64,000 nt of DNA from Octopus vulgaris (taxonomy: Eukaryota), in assembly GCA_951406725.2 (NCBI GenBank), contig OX597819.1, positions 114,514,001 through 114,578,000 on the forward strand. Reading direction: 5' to 3'. The position numbers and the translations under genes are program-made. How positions within the stretch are numbered: position 1 is the first letter of the stretch; each line of letters starts with the position of its first letter. Below are positions 1 to 13,487 of this stretch, piece by piece. A model generated the notes under the pieces. That model did no database searches, was not told the DNA's origin, and saw only the letters and a program-made list of their open reading frames with translations.

Positions 1-899
1 CCTTTTGATTTAAGCATATAACTCTACTATATTATTTTTCCTGGTGCATCTACCTGGGAAATAAGTACTAAATCAGAATCAAAAATGGTCAGATGAAGAA
101 GGCATCAAATAACTGTTGAAGAATGATATATTTAAAAGATCTCTCTTCATAGAAGCAGTGCAGATCTGGTATGATGTCCGTTTATGTTACTTGCAAATGA
201 TGTTTGTGTGTGAAAAGAGGAGTACAAGAAAAAAAAAAACAGGATGGTCTGTTTTTTAATTGTAGATCTGTTTAATTAAATAGTTTAATCAAATACAATA
301 AACATATTGAAGAATATATTTAATCTGCATTCTGCTTTCAGTATTTATATTTAGTCATTCCACTCTCATATTACTGATACCAATGAAAAATGTATGAACA
401 TTACATACTTTCATTCTCTCTTGTCTATAAATCAGAAATCTAGTGGCTAAACAAAAAATCAATATATTTCTGTATCTAGAACAACAGAAAGTGAAAAAGA
501 AAAGATTGTTACAAAATAAACAAACAAAAGAGTTTATGCACATGTAAAAACTGGGAGATTAATGAAACAAAAGATCGTTGGTTGATAAATATTAACCAAA
601 TTAACCTCAGTTCGGCGTAACTATTATTTTCATAATTACACTGAGACCTCAGGAAAGGTAAGGTTACTTAATATACTGCCAACTAACTAGCTGAAATCTT
701 AAAACAGTTCTACAATTAAAAATTATAAACTTTACACTTAAAATTAAATTGTAATGTGGGTTTTACTTCACATTTGAAATAAAGTTACTTTTTTACTTCT
801 TTTTATTGTTTTGAGCTGGAGGAAGGTATGCACCCACAGTCCTTTCAGACCTTCCCTTACTAGTGGAGTTTATATGGTTCCTTTTTTCCTTTGAACAGT

Positions 900-1200
900 T
901 GCAAGTCAACAGCTGTAGAGAAAACATGGGCAGGGAGGGATTCCAGAGGGACAATACTCTGGGAAGGTAGGGGTGATCATAAGAGTTGGTGCACTACTTA
1001 AGGAGCAAAAGACAACATATAAACCGAGAGGAAGAGAGACAAGTGACTTGGGAATGTTTGAGTGAAGGTGGCAGGAGACCAACTTGCTCAAAGAAACCGA
1101 GCTCAATGCAGAAGTGGGAGGAAAGGCAAGCAGAAGAAACAGCACATGTGTGGGCTGGAAATTGGAATGTGACGGCAAACAATTTTATGCTTGAGAGTCA
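900..1200 (+). mobile_element. Possible old RTE LINE remnant
   Basis: EVGGKASRRN..W segment resembles the RTE VEGKRSRGRQR..W motif. Confidence 0.3.
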
Positions 1201-2259
1201 AGAAGCCATTTTTGCAAACAGCTTATTAAGAGAAGGTGGAAGATACATAGTTGAAAATAATCAAATAAATAATATAAAATGAAAATAATCAAATGATATA
1301 TACAAGGAAAAGAAGTGTGGAGATGGTGCTAAGATCTAAAATAAAACAAAAATTTTAAAAAAGCAATAATTTGAGTAAATTAAAATTTTTGTTTTTAATC
1401 ATTTAACCAAGAGCCCTAAGGTGAAACATTTAAATTATACAAGTAAAATACAAATTCCATGAATTCAAGTAGCAAATGGAGCCAGTTACTTGATCTTTTA
1501 GGTTCACAGGCATTTATGGATGAGAGATGAGATATAGTGACTTTTCCCCTCAGAAAATCTCCAATATATTTCTGATAACCAAGGCAATGCTCAACTAAGA
1601 AAGAAAATGCTTGCCATTGATTTGAACTGATGAATATTAACATGAATCACTTATCCATCCACTCAATGACTTCAAGAAAAAAAAAAGATGTATCTTCCAG
1701 AAAATAGTTGTAGTTCCTTCTTAAACTATAATTCATCCCCTATCAAGAAAAGGCTTAGTCAAAAGCATTTTAGCCATGAATTCTATTTACCGTTTTTTTA
1801 TACTTTTCCTTTCATATTTCTTCAGCTGATGTGATATGAAAGGGAATTAGTTGCTATCTTTGGGAAGCTAGGTGATCATACAGAGATCCATTGTTGGCAT
1901 GTTCAGAAAATAAGGAGATGATATTGGAGAAAGAAGAAAGTAGAGGGAAGATTGAAGTATTCATTCCATGGAAAATAGTAGTGAAATAGATAAAATAGTT
2001 TAATTAAATAAGATTTTTTATATAAATTCATTCCGGATGTTAATGTATTTTAATGTTTTGTTTGGACTTGAATAGCCCAGCTGGTTTCCTTAGATTTCTG
2101 TTAAATACAGAAAAGTTTCAAAACAGAAATAACGGGCATGCGTGAGTGAGTGCATGCACAAAAAAAAGTGCATACACGTACAATAATGCCCACACACAGA
2201 TTTTCTTGAAGTTTTGTAAAAGAAAAAAAAAGTTAAAAAGCGCAACAGAGATATACAAA

Positions 2260-2820
2260 AGAAGGCAGAGAGAGAGAGAGAGAGAGAGTGGGGAATAAAA
2301 AAAATGTGAGCAGGTAGAGATGAATGCTAAGAAGAGACAACAGAGAGGAAGAGGACTGCAAGGAAGGGAAAGGAGAGAGTGGGCCATACGAAGACGGATA
2401 GAGATAACTATAAATATAAAGAGTGAGAGAATCAGAGAGAGTAAGTGAGAGAGATAATGAGAGAGTGTGACAGAGACTGAGATAGAGAGATAGATATAGA
2501 GAGACTGAGACAGACAGACGTAGATGAATAGTGAGGTAGAGAGAGAGAGATAGAGAGACAGACAGATAGAGAGAGAGAGGGAGATAGAGAGAGAGAGAGA
2601 GAGAGAAATAGACAGACAGATAGATAGAGGTGGAGAGAGTCAGATATAAATGAAGAGAGAGAAAGAGAAACAGAAAAACAATGTTTTCTAGACATTTTAA
2701 ATAGAAATTGTTCATAGCAGTTTTGTAAGAGAAATAACAGATCTTGTGTGTATGTGTATGTCTGTGTGTGTGCATGTATCGAGAGATGGGAGGAGAGAGA
2801 GAGAGAGAGAGCAATTTTAT
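2260..2820. repeat. GA-rich low-complexity tract
   Basis: (GA)n/(GATA)n mosaic. Confidence 0.9.
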
Positions 2821-4343
2821 ACATATGGATTATGAGTGTGTGTGGGGTGTAAAGGAGAATGAAAAATGTTAGATGGATAAACTAAGATAACAGAGAGCAA
2901 GGGAGGGAGGAAAAGAGAGAGTAATAAGAGATATTGGAATTGTCAGACAGAAAGAAAAAAAATGAGAAAGTCAAAAGATAGAGAGAGAAAGAAGGAAAGA
3001 GAACAAAATAAAAAAGTAGAAATCATTATTAAATTAAAATTAAAAAGAACAACAAAATTACATCAAATTATATAAAAATTGGAGAATTATTTTTGAAAAT
3101 TAAATTTTTTCTCATCTTAAATGATTATTATTATTATTAATCCCAATATTGATTGGTGTTTGTTACAATGTGGTATATTTATTTGCTTTGGGAATTGTTC
3201 ATGAAAATATTGCTGTGTTGTATGTACTTCTCTGGCCTTAAGTCTTTATCTTCTGTAGTTATGCTTGTAAAGTTTTCTTCAAATATGCATGATTAATGCT
3301 GCTTTTCCTAACATATATATTCATATAATGAATTAACTGGAATGATAAATTCTTATGGCATTAGAAAAAGCTGAGAATCTTGCAAATCAGATACAAAACT
3401 GAAAAATAAAATATTACTGCTTTGTTTTCTTTTAATATTATATATACTATAATATCTTTCATATAAATTATTTTAGTTACTTAGTTGAGCAGCAGACAAA
3501 ATAGCTTGTGGCATTTATTTGCATCCCATTTTGTTTTCAGTTCTGTTTCTCCCTTTCATTATCAGCAAGGGGTGTTGAGAAAATGAACACCAGTCAAATA
3601 CTAAGGTTAATTTTGAGAGGCAATATCAGAATTTTTAAAAAACCCAGATTACATGTTTCCTTTCTACCAACTTTGTAGCCAGCCATACTGCACTGGATAG
3701 TGAGTGCAAAGGAAAGACCAGCAGTAATTGTGAAAAAGGGTCAATGCAACAAAAAGAATTATAGTATCTTAGGAAGGGTATCCAGCTGTAGAAATTCTGC
3801 CAGATCACATTGGAGCCTGGTGCAGCCATCTGGTTCACCAGTCCTCAGTCAAATCGTCCAACCCATGCTAGCGTGGAAAGCGGACATTAAACAATGATGA
3901 TGAAGATGGAAGGGCTGGGACTCAGTAATGTAATAAATAACAGGATTGCCAAGCAAGCAATAAGTGGTTCGCAGGAGGTCAGTTTCTCTTCTCAGCATCA
4001 AATACCATACATATTTGTACTTCCTGGTGTAGCAGGTGCAATATTTTAGCTTTGTCAAGTTTTTCTACCATATATATTAGAGGCTTTGTCATCCTGCCAT
4101 ATGTAATACAAGGTTTCGTGCATTTCCACGTATCTAGACCAATTTTAAAGGCTTTTTATATTTTGTGCAACTGTATAACACCTCTTCCTACTATTTTTTC
4201 AACAGGTAGACTTATGGGCAAGGTGTTCAAGTCTTGATCTTTCAATCTTTGTTTAGAGTATACTGTATTTAAGACTACATTATCCAAGATATTTCCTTCC
4301 CTAAAGAGTGTAATATTAAATAAGGGACACTCTTTGACTTGTG

Positions 4344-4377
<34 letters not shown>

Positions 4378-4379
<2 letters not shown>

Positions 4380-4710
4380 CCCACCCCATCATGCTTGACA
4401 ACTGATGTCGATATGTTTAGGTCCCTGTAACTTAGCAGTTAAGCCAAAGAGATTAGTAGAATAAGTACCAGGAATACAAAGAATAAACCCTGGAGTCAGT
4501 TTCTTTGACTAAAACACTTTAAGTGGTTAAGCATGGCTGCAATCAAATGACTGATTGCAGTGAGCACCACCTTAAAGTGTTTTAGAAACTGACTCCAGGG
4601 TTTATTCTTTGTATTCCTGGTACTTATTCTACTAATCTCTTTGGCTTAACTGCTAAGTTACAGGGACCTAAACATATCGACATCAGTTGTCAAGCATGAT
4701 GGGGTGGGGG
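4378..4710. repeat. Local inverted duplication (127-bp perfect arms) of a SINE 3' end next to (TA)n
   Basis: 4378-4504 is the reverse complement of 4584-4710. Confidence 0.9.
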
Positions 4711-5653
4711 TAGGGGACAAACACAGACAGAAACATACATGCATAAATATACACACACACACACACACATGCATATATATATAATGGGTTGGCCAAAGGC
4801 TATAATAGAAGACACTTGCCCAAGGTGCCATGCAGTGGGACTGAATTTGTTGACTCTCATTTCTCACTTAGTTGTTGAAGTTTAATCCAAAGCCAGCCCT
4901 GGTCAAGCAGGCCTATGATGAAATTCATCACAGCATTTTTTTTTTCTTTTTCACCAGTCATGGGCAAACTGTGGCTTGCACAGGACTTTCTAAATGGCAC
5001 ATATAACAAAAAAAAAATTACCTCAAACTTCTTAGTAAAGTCCACCTAGTGACTATCCATGTCTCATGTGGCTCATTTCTCAGAAATGTTGCCCATGCTT
5101 GTTTTAGACAGTGTATTTAGGACTACATTATTCAATATGCTATGGGCTTTTTTTTAAGACAGCAGGATGAGAACTTGGAGATGATTTAAATGTTGTTTCT
5201 AACAAGTTGAACACCCTAGTAGAGAATCTCCTTTGATAATAGGAGTTACTTCCATTTTATTATATTGAAATTGTAAATTACTGCCAGAATGGTCAAAGTG
5301 CTGATTACTTCATTTCTGAAATTCAATTTGCATTTCAGAAATGTTTTGAATCATTGGATGTATTCCTTTTAAATCTTATGCTTCATTCTGACATATTTCA
5401 TCTCATCTCCTTTATTCACACTGACATATTTGCATGCTTCACCTGCAACAGATTCTCATGTAATCAGATTAATTTCAACATTGGTGTTTGTTAATATTGT
5501 CAGTTTGTCTCATTAGAAAATGGCTCTGGTACACATGTCAAAACCACATTCAATGGCATTAGAAAAACTATATAAATTTTACTGTTTGTAAAATATTTTA
5601 TGCCCTTTTATAACCTTCATGCAAATTATTATTATTATCATTATTATTATTAG

Positions 5654-6017
5654 ACACAGGAGTAGCTGTGTGGTAAGTAGCTTGCTTACCAACTACATGG
5701 TTCCGGGTTCAGTCCCACTGCGTGGCACCTTGGCAAGTGTCTTTTACTATCCGACCAAAGCCTTGTGAGTGGATCTGGTAGACGGAAACTGAAAGAAGCC
5801 CATCGTGTGTGTGTGCTTGTGTATCTGTGTTTGTACCCCCACCATCGCTTCACAACCAATGTTGGTGTGTTTATGTCTCTGTAACTTAGTGGTTCGGCAA
5901 AAGAGACCGATAGAATAAGTACTAGGCTTACAAAGAATAAGTCCTGAGGTCGATTTGTTTGACTAAAGGTAGTGCTCCAGCATGGTCATAGTCACATGAC
6001 TGAAACAAATAAAAGAA
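5654..6017 (+). mobile_element. Same SINE family, full length
   Basis: caggagtagctgtgtggtaag...ggttcagtccc...atgactgaaacaaataaaaga. Confidence 0.85.
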
Positions 6018-6190
6018 TTATTACTATCATTATTATTATTATTATAAGGCAGCAAGCTGGTAGAAACATTAGCATGCCAGGCAAAATGATTAGCAGCATT
6101 TCATCTATCTTTATGCTCTGAGTTCAATTTCTGCTGAGGCTAACTTTGGTATCAAGGACATTGAATCCAACAGTTAAACATTTGTACACA

Positions 6191-6222
<32 letters not shown>

Positions 6223-6606
6223 CCTTTCTACTATAAGCACAAGACCTGAAATTTGTGAGGAGGGGATAAGTCGATTACATCTACCCCAGTGCTATACTGG
6301 TACTTATTTCATCAACCCCAAAAGGATGAAAAGCAGAGTTGACCTCAACTGAATTTGAACTCAAAATGTGAAGACGGACAAAATACCACTAAGCATTTTG
6401 CCTGGTGTGCTAATGATTTGTGCATTGGCACAACTGGAAAAGCAGCAGACAAAATAACTTGTGATATTTAATTACATCCCTTTTTGTTTTCACTTCATTT
6501 CCTGCCTTTCATGTTTCCAACGGTAGAGGTTTCAAGAAAATAAACACCAGTCAAGTACTGGAGTCAATATTGTGTGCTAATGTTAAAAATCATTATTTTT
6601 GTTCAG

Positions 6607-6650
<44 letters not shown>

Positions 6651-7179
6651 ACTGTTGACTTTGTACCCATACCAGCACTTGAAGATGCAGAGGCTAGACT
6701 GAACAGTAATGGTGAAAGGAAAGCACTTCAGAATGTTTACTTCTGAGTGTGGACAATTTCAGATGTTACTTGTTCTTGATGAGGTAATGGTAGTGGTGAC
6801 ACTAGTGGTATAAGAGTTAACCTCTTGGTTAGTGCTTATTGAGCAGATGTGTTATCATAGTTGCTTCACTGTTGGTTTCATTCCCACGCATGCACCAGAC
6901 TAATTACCAGGACTAGGTTATCCAGTGTCTTTCCTTTTTATAAGGGAGTAGGATATGATTTGAGGGGGATTTGGCTGTTATTCCTAGGAGGTTGTGACAA
7001 CATACAGCTCCATCATTTGCTCATTTTGAATGTTAGCCTACATGTACTGTAACTCAATATTTTTCTTCCCTATTTTATCTTGATCAACAATGATAAACTG
7101 AATAACTATAGGAAACAGAACCTGGGTACTTTAAGGAACAGTATCATGAGATATTTAAGCAAGGTTTCTTTTCATTTAC

Positions 7180-7402
7180 TTAACCCCTTAGCATTTAGAC
7201 TACTCTTTGAGATGTTTATTTATTCACATTGTTTTGAATTAATCACACATTATCTTATAGCCTCAAAATTCTAATGATGTGATTGCTTATTTTTAGAATG
7301 ACATTCTAGGGTAGGTGCATGTGGCTGGATTTGGCCAGTTTGAACATACAACAGATAGAATATCTGGGCAGGATATAGTCAATTTAAATGCTAAAGGATT
7401 AA
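7180..7402. mobile_element. piggyBac-type (TTAA) MITE; related copies at ~31927-32040 and ~51748-51945
   Basis: ttaa-ccccttagcattta ... taaatgctaaagga-ttaa. Confidence 0.65.
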
Positions 7403-7674
7403 TACTATTTCAATGTTATAAGTTGATCTTTCCAGCTATACAGCCTTTTAAAAGTCTTTTTGTTTTTATTGTAGTTCAATTTCAAATATTAATCAATCCT
7501 CTTACTTATTACATTTTGGTTTCTGTAGTAAGAATGTGCATAAAAAAGAAAAGAAACAATATATCAATAATTTTGGAAATAATTTGTTTTCTTAGTTGGG
7601 AACTTGGGACTGCTGTAGCTGTGTAATTCCAACATTTCAGGCAATCTCTTAATTTATTTAAGCTATTCTTTTAT

Positions 7675-7901
7675 TCTTTTACTTGTTTCAGTCATTTGAC
7701 TGCAGCCATGCTGGAGCACCGCCTTTAGTTGAACAAATCGATCCCAGAGCTTATTCTTTGTAAGCCTAGTACTTATTCTATCGGTCTGTTTTGCCAAACC
7801 ACTAAGTTACAGGGACATAAACACACCAGCATCGATTGTCCAACGATGGTGAGGGGACAAACACAGACACACAAAACTACACACGCACACATGTATATAT
7901 G

Positions 7902-7944
<43 letters not shown>

Positions 7945-8007
7945 TTTATATATATATATATATACACACACACACATTTATATATATATATATATATACA
8001 CACACAC

Positions 8008-8052
<45 letters not shown>

Positions 8053-8226
8053 ACAGGCTTCTTTCAGTTTCTGTCTACATGTGCTTCCTGCCAAAGTTTT
8101 CCTGAAGCCATTACTGCCATTTAGTATGAGGCTATAGTAGAAGATACTTGCCCAAGGCCATGCAGTGAGACTGAGACTGGAACCATGTACTTGGTAAGCA
8201 AGCTACTTCCCACACAGCCACTCCTG
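7675..8226 (-). mobile_element. Same SINE family with expanded TA/CA tract
   Basis: Matches 61710-62164 throughout except for a foreign ~47-bp patch. Confidence 0.85.
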
Positions 8227-8889
8227 TGGACATTTTCTTTTTCACAAATTAATGGTTGTTGCTAAGCCATGATGAAGCAGACCAATGATCAAAGATATTC
8301 CAGCCAAGACCTTTTTCTAAGGTACTCTGCAACCACAAACACCATATTTAATATTTTCCTTTCTATGATGGTAGGATGCAATTTGAGGGAGATTTGGCAG
8401 TTATTTTTAACAGGTCAAAATATCATGCACTGTTTCATTTATGTTAGTCAAAAGAGGAAAAGCAATGTCAATAACTAATGTAGGACCTTATTGAATAGTG
8501 AGATTGATGCTGCTGATACCCGGCCTAAATGGCAGTAATGGCTGCAGGAAAACTTTGGCAGGAAGCAAATGTTATGATGGTGTTTTATCCTCAACTTCTG
8601 ATTTTTATTAATTCCAAGACTGCTTTGCATCTTATAGCCTATTGCCGTGATACTTTGAAAAAACAAAGGAACCTCAAAATGGTCATGTAACCTGTTAAAA
8701 TAGCAACCAAACCTCCCTAAAATCACACACAACTATACTGAAAAAAGGATACATTAGTTGAGATATTCATGGCTGGACTTTCTTGATCATAAATCAGCTC
8801 AACCATGACTAACCAGGGGCTAAACAACAACAACGATGCTGGTTATTTGTCACTGTCAGCAATATTTTCGTTTAAGAATAAACTATATA

Positions 8890-8924
<35 letters not shown>

Positions 8925-10531
8925 CTACACACACACATTTTGCTTTGAGTTCTTTTATTAATTTATTTTCATAATGATTTTACATAGGTTTTATTCTCTT
9001 CTCAAATATTTTCTAAAATTTCCAAAATTTGTTTTTTCATTCAACGAGTTTATTAATTGTTCTTAACTTTCTTTTTAAAATCTTCGTTAATCGTCTTGGA
9101 ACATATTATTTTGCTTCAGTTGCTTTGTTCCATTCTCAAAACTCTTTTGTATTCTCTGCATTTTCATTTCACTTACTGAATAAGAATTTCTATAACTTCT
9201 CTTACTTCAATATCAATTTCATGCCTTTCACATAGCATTGTATTCTCTTTGCTGATATTTTTCTTCTTTTACTTTAGATTACACATATACCTAGTATATT
9301 TTTTTCTTTGTTAAGTTTCCATACTGCCTGCATCAGTTGTCATTATAATGCATGAATGTGTGTGTACACATGCACATCAATGTTCTAACTTATTTTGACA
9401 CTATCAGTCTGCTATCCCCCACTCTTTAATAATAATTGTTTCTAATTTAGGCTCAAGGCAAGAAATTTGCAGGGAAATTTGACTCAATTAAATGTGCCTC
9501 AGTATTTAACTGATAATTTATTTTATCACTCCAGGATAATTAAACTCAGAATGTAAAAGGCTAGAACACTTACTGCAAGGCATCAACTGGCTACTCTAAA
9601 TGATTCAATCGATCCATGTAGGCTGCAAAATTTGAGCCAGGGCTGCAGGTAGTTTAGATCAACATTACTATACCAATGGGTCTTTATCGGTCTTGAAAGT
9701 GTGACCTTTTTCGAAGTAAGGTGATATTTCCTCAAGAACAGACATATTTGCACACAAGATTGGAAACAAATAAGGGCGACACTTGTGTGCAATTATAACG
9801 TTAGGTGAAGACAAGTAGTCAGTAACACGCATACACATAGATAGATGACAGCCTTCTTTCAATTTCCACCTGAGAAATCTACTCATGAGGCTCTTGTTGG
9901 CCTAGGGCAATAGTAGAATACACTTGCTAAAGATGCCATACAGTGGGACTGAACCCAAAGCCATGTGATTGGGAAGCAAACTTCTTATCGAACAACCATG
10001 CCTGCACCTCATAATATATATATATATATTTATGACTATTTTATCAGACTTAATGGCTTCTGACCATGATTATACTCCTCCAGATTTTTTTTTTTTTTTA
10101 CAACTATAACATTTCCTTAAGATAAGTCATATGACTAACAGACACAACATCCATTATTTTGGCTGTTTGCTCCATAATGGTATGGAAGGAACAGCTCTCC
10201 AGCATTAACACTCACTACTTCTTTATGTCTGCTAACTTCCTTATATTGTATATATAGCTTTCACAATGCCGAAGTTGTTTTCTCATTACCCATTATTACT
10301 ACTACTGCAACCACTACTACTATTGTGTTGTTCGTTGTAATAGTGGCTCCAATTAATTTATCATTTTACTTTTTGTTTGCGTTCATATCTGTCTATCTAT
10401 ATTTATCTATCAGTCTATCTATACATACATACATATATGCATATGTGTGTGTGTGTATAAATATATGGGTGTGTATGTGCATATGTGTATGTGTGTGTAT
10501 ATATATATATATGTGGGTGTGTATGCGCATA

Positions 10532-10563
<32 letters not shown>

Positions 10564-10592
10564 AATATATACACACATATGCACATACACAC

Positions 10593-10627
<35 letters not shown>

Positions 10628-10629
<2 letters not shown>

Positions 10630-11515
10630 TGTATTTTACCTTGTTAACACAAAAAATCTCTTGCAAATTATATCTTCTCATAATAACAAACTGTTAAATA
10701 TTAATACATTTACTAATACTAACATTAATTTAGCTACTACCATCCAACCCTCTAGAAATATTAATAACAAGGTTATTGTATCTGAAGTCAATCCCAATAG
10801 AATTAAATTTATGTCAAGTAACTCTAAGATTAAAAATTCTATATACCAGTGTATAATCAGTACTCGTAATAAAGTACGATTTTACATTGGAAGCACATCG
10901 TTAGAGTTATCTAAGAGAATTTCTATCCATTACTCAACATTTAGAGATAGAAATAAACGGAATAGTACCGGTCTCAGCAAACTGATTTGGAATTTAAAAG
11001 ACCACAATGAACAATTTCATTTGGAATGGTTGATCCTCTCAATTTCGATACCATATGACAAAGGCAAGAAATTCTGTCTTCTCTGCAATTCTGAGCTATT
11101 TTTCATTATTTTTTCTAAAAATACTCTAGTAAACACGGTTATAGAACGAGCATACAGATGTAAGCATTGGCAAAAGCATACTTTTAGTGCATATAAGTAG
11201 TCTCTAGACTTTAATTTCCTTTATATTTAACATTCACTATTAATATCCCTACTCTTTCTGTTAGCTACTTATGACGTTATATCATATAACGTTTTTTTAA
11301 ACAATATTAATAGCGTTCTGTCTATCGCTATACGAATCCATCATTTTTTGCTAAAATGTCGTATTGACAAGTTTCGTTTTTTCACTTTCCCGAAGAGAAG
11401 ATTGCATTGTTTATACCTTTTATTCTTTTGAATAAGTATCAGTGGAATTTTTGAAACATATGTAGAAAGAAAAAATACTTGTTTAAACCTGCGTTGACTC
11501 CATTTTTTATTCTTA
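10628..11515 (+). mobile_element. 5'-truncated Penelope-like retroelement (Naiad-type features): end of RT/linker, GIY-YIG endonuclease and 3' pLTR
   Basis: Open frame 10628-11200: NLLQIISSHNNKLL (RT C-terminus/linker), IYQC...FYIGST...KRISIH..TF...STGLSKLIWNLK...CLLC..E...CKH. Flanked by (TA)n on both sides; hammerhead motif in the 3' region. Confidence 0.85.
11385..11469 (+). ncRNA. Type I hammerhead ribozyme motif (PLE pLTR), core variant CCGAAGA
   Basis: Stem I ctttc/gaaag; core CCGAAGA; long stem II (gaagatt...aattttt, inner tattc-tttt-gaata); GAAAC-ATAT-GT palindromic stem III; GTA cleavage triplet. Confidence 0.65.
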
Positions 11516-13129
11516 TTATATATATATATATATATATATATGGGTGTGTATGTGCATATGTGTGTATATATTTATATATATATATATATATGTTAATTGG
11601 AAAGTTATTTAAAGACTATTTTCCATCCTGATCTAATGAGACTGGCCACATACATATTATTATCTATCTCTCTATTACACACACAAAAAAAAGAGAGAAA
11701 AAAAAGAGAGAAAGGGTGAGAACAGCTAAGAAACAAGGTGTTGGCTGCTAAAATTTATGCAAAAAGCTTCCAATTATTTCAAAATTTTTGATAAAATTAG
11801 TCAGTTAATTAGTATTATCAAACAACCCAATAAGGTATACCTCTATATAGTTTTTCAACCTGTTAGTAAAACAACAATAAATCTTTGTATAACATTCTGT
11901 TGTCTTAAAAAAACGAAAGCTGTATTAGTTAATATAAACATAATATATCTTTTATCTTTTACTTGAGTCAGTCATGCTGGGGCACTGCTTTAAAGAATTT
12001 TAGTTGAACGAATCGACACCAGTACTTAATTTTTTAAACTTGATACTTAATCTATCATTCACTTTTGCTGAACCACTAAGTTACAGGGATGTAAACACAA
12101 CAAAACTATTTGTCTAACAGTGGTGGGGGTCAAACAGACACAAAGATACATATAATATCTATGTATATATATATCAGGAAGTTGAGCCTCACAGAGGAAA
12201 TGACAATGGACCGAGATGTCTGGTGATATGAAGTTCTTGAGAAGACCTACCCACATCGACAAAACTGAGTTCGAGAAGCACAGTGTGTTCCACCCACGCT
12301 TAACAAGAAAACATCTCACACACTCTACCACAGCAAATCAAACTACATCTATAAATCTCTCTTCCTCACATTTCGACTTCATGTACTGTGATCACCTCTC
12401 ACTCCTGTCCTCTTGGCCCTGTGCCACTGTATCATTGCTCTCCGCTTGCCCCTGACCTGTGCGTTCTACCCACATGCCCTGTCTCATTCTATTATTGCTA
12501 TCTGCTAGCCCTCCGAACTGGGTGTTCCACTCACATATAACAAGAATACTTTTCCCTCGCCCTACCCCAATAAACCCACCTACATCTCTTCTCTTCTTCA
12601 CATTTCCTCTTTCATACACTATGCCTAGCTCTCACTCTCCAATCCTGTCTTCGCAACCCTGTTCCTCTGTATCATATCTATCCGGTAGTCCCTACAACTC
12701 TATTATATATACCCAGGTCATTTGCCATTTACTCACACTTCCTTTGCAATATCCTGCCACTTATATTATAGCATTTGAACCTCAAAGATATGCCTTGGCA
12801 CTTGCTACTATCTATATTGCTCTCTTCCTTTACTCAACCATCTCATTTATATTCTGATCCCTGTTCCTTGTGAGTATGCCCGACATTTTCCCACCATCTC
12901 TATCCTGCTGGCTCCCACTCTCTCTCTCTTTTTCTCCTGCACTTCCCTCAGGTTGGGCAACCAGGTATTTTCTTTGTGGTAGCACACCTGTTTTTGTCTT
13001 CATTCCTGATCTTTTCCTTTCTGGCAGGGTGACCTTGTACTTCCTCTACAGCAAGACACCTGTATCTGTCTCACTATAACCTTGTCATCATCACCCCTTC
13101 CAATGCCTCCTCCCCTCTTAAAAGTGTCT

Positions 13130-13487
13130 TGCAAGTACTTGGTGACCTTGTCAGTGCAGGTGCCACTTAAAAGCACCCAGCCCACACTGTAAAGTGGTTG
13201 GTGTTCTGACCTTGCCTGTGTTTGAGCCATATAAAAAGCACTACTCACCTCGCCTGTACTTGTGCCATGTAAAAAGCATTATTCACCTCACCTGTGCTTG
13301 TGTCACATAAAAAGCACTAAGTCCACTCTGCTCAGTGGTTGGTGTTAGGAAGGTATCCAGCTGTAAAAATCCTGCCAAAACAGTCACAGAAGTCTGGTGC
13401 AGGCTTCGGCCTGGCTGGCTCTTGTGGTACCGCCCCACTCTTGCTAGCATGGAAGACGGATATTAAATAATGGTGATGATGATGATA
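13130..13487 (+). mobile_element. Third SINE family with (GAT)n tail; copies at ~3700-3905, 18230-18430, 28905-29120(-)
   Basis: Shared ttaggaagg.tatccagctgta and catggaa..cgga..ttaaa..atgatgatga segments. Confidence 0.6.

Noticed and set aside
355-660. Possible plus-strand exon ending AAG|gtaagg
   Set aside because: No long open frame or recognisable protein and no other support; could at most be non-coding.
2233-2824. Long Ser/Leu ORFs
   Set aside because: Translations of (GA)n/(CT)n microsatellite.
5654-5730. tRNA-like A and B boxes
   Set aside because: SINE head; no cloverleaf, and it continues into the SINE body.
12540-12585. Candidate next E-Syt exon (ag|gtgggtttat on the minus strand)
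   Set aside because: No pyrimidine tract, early stop, no SMP similarity.
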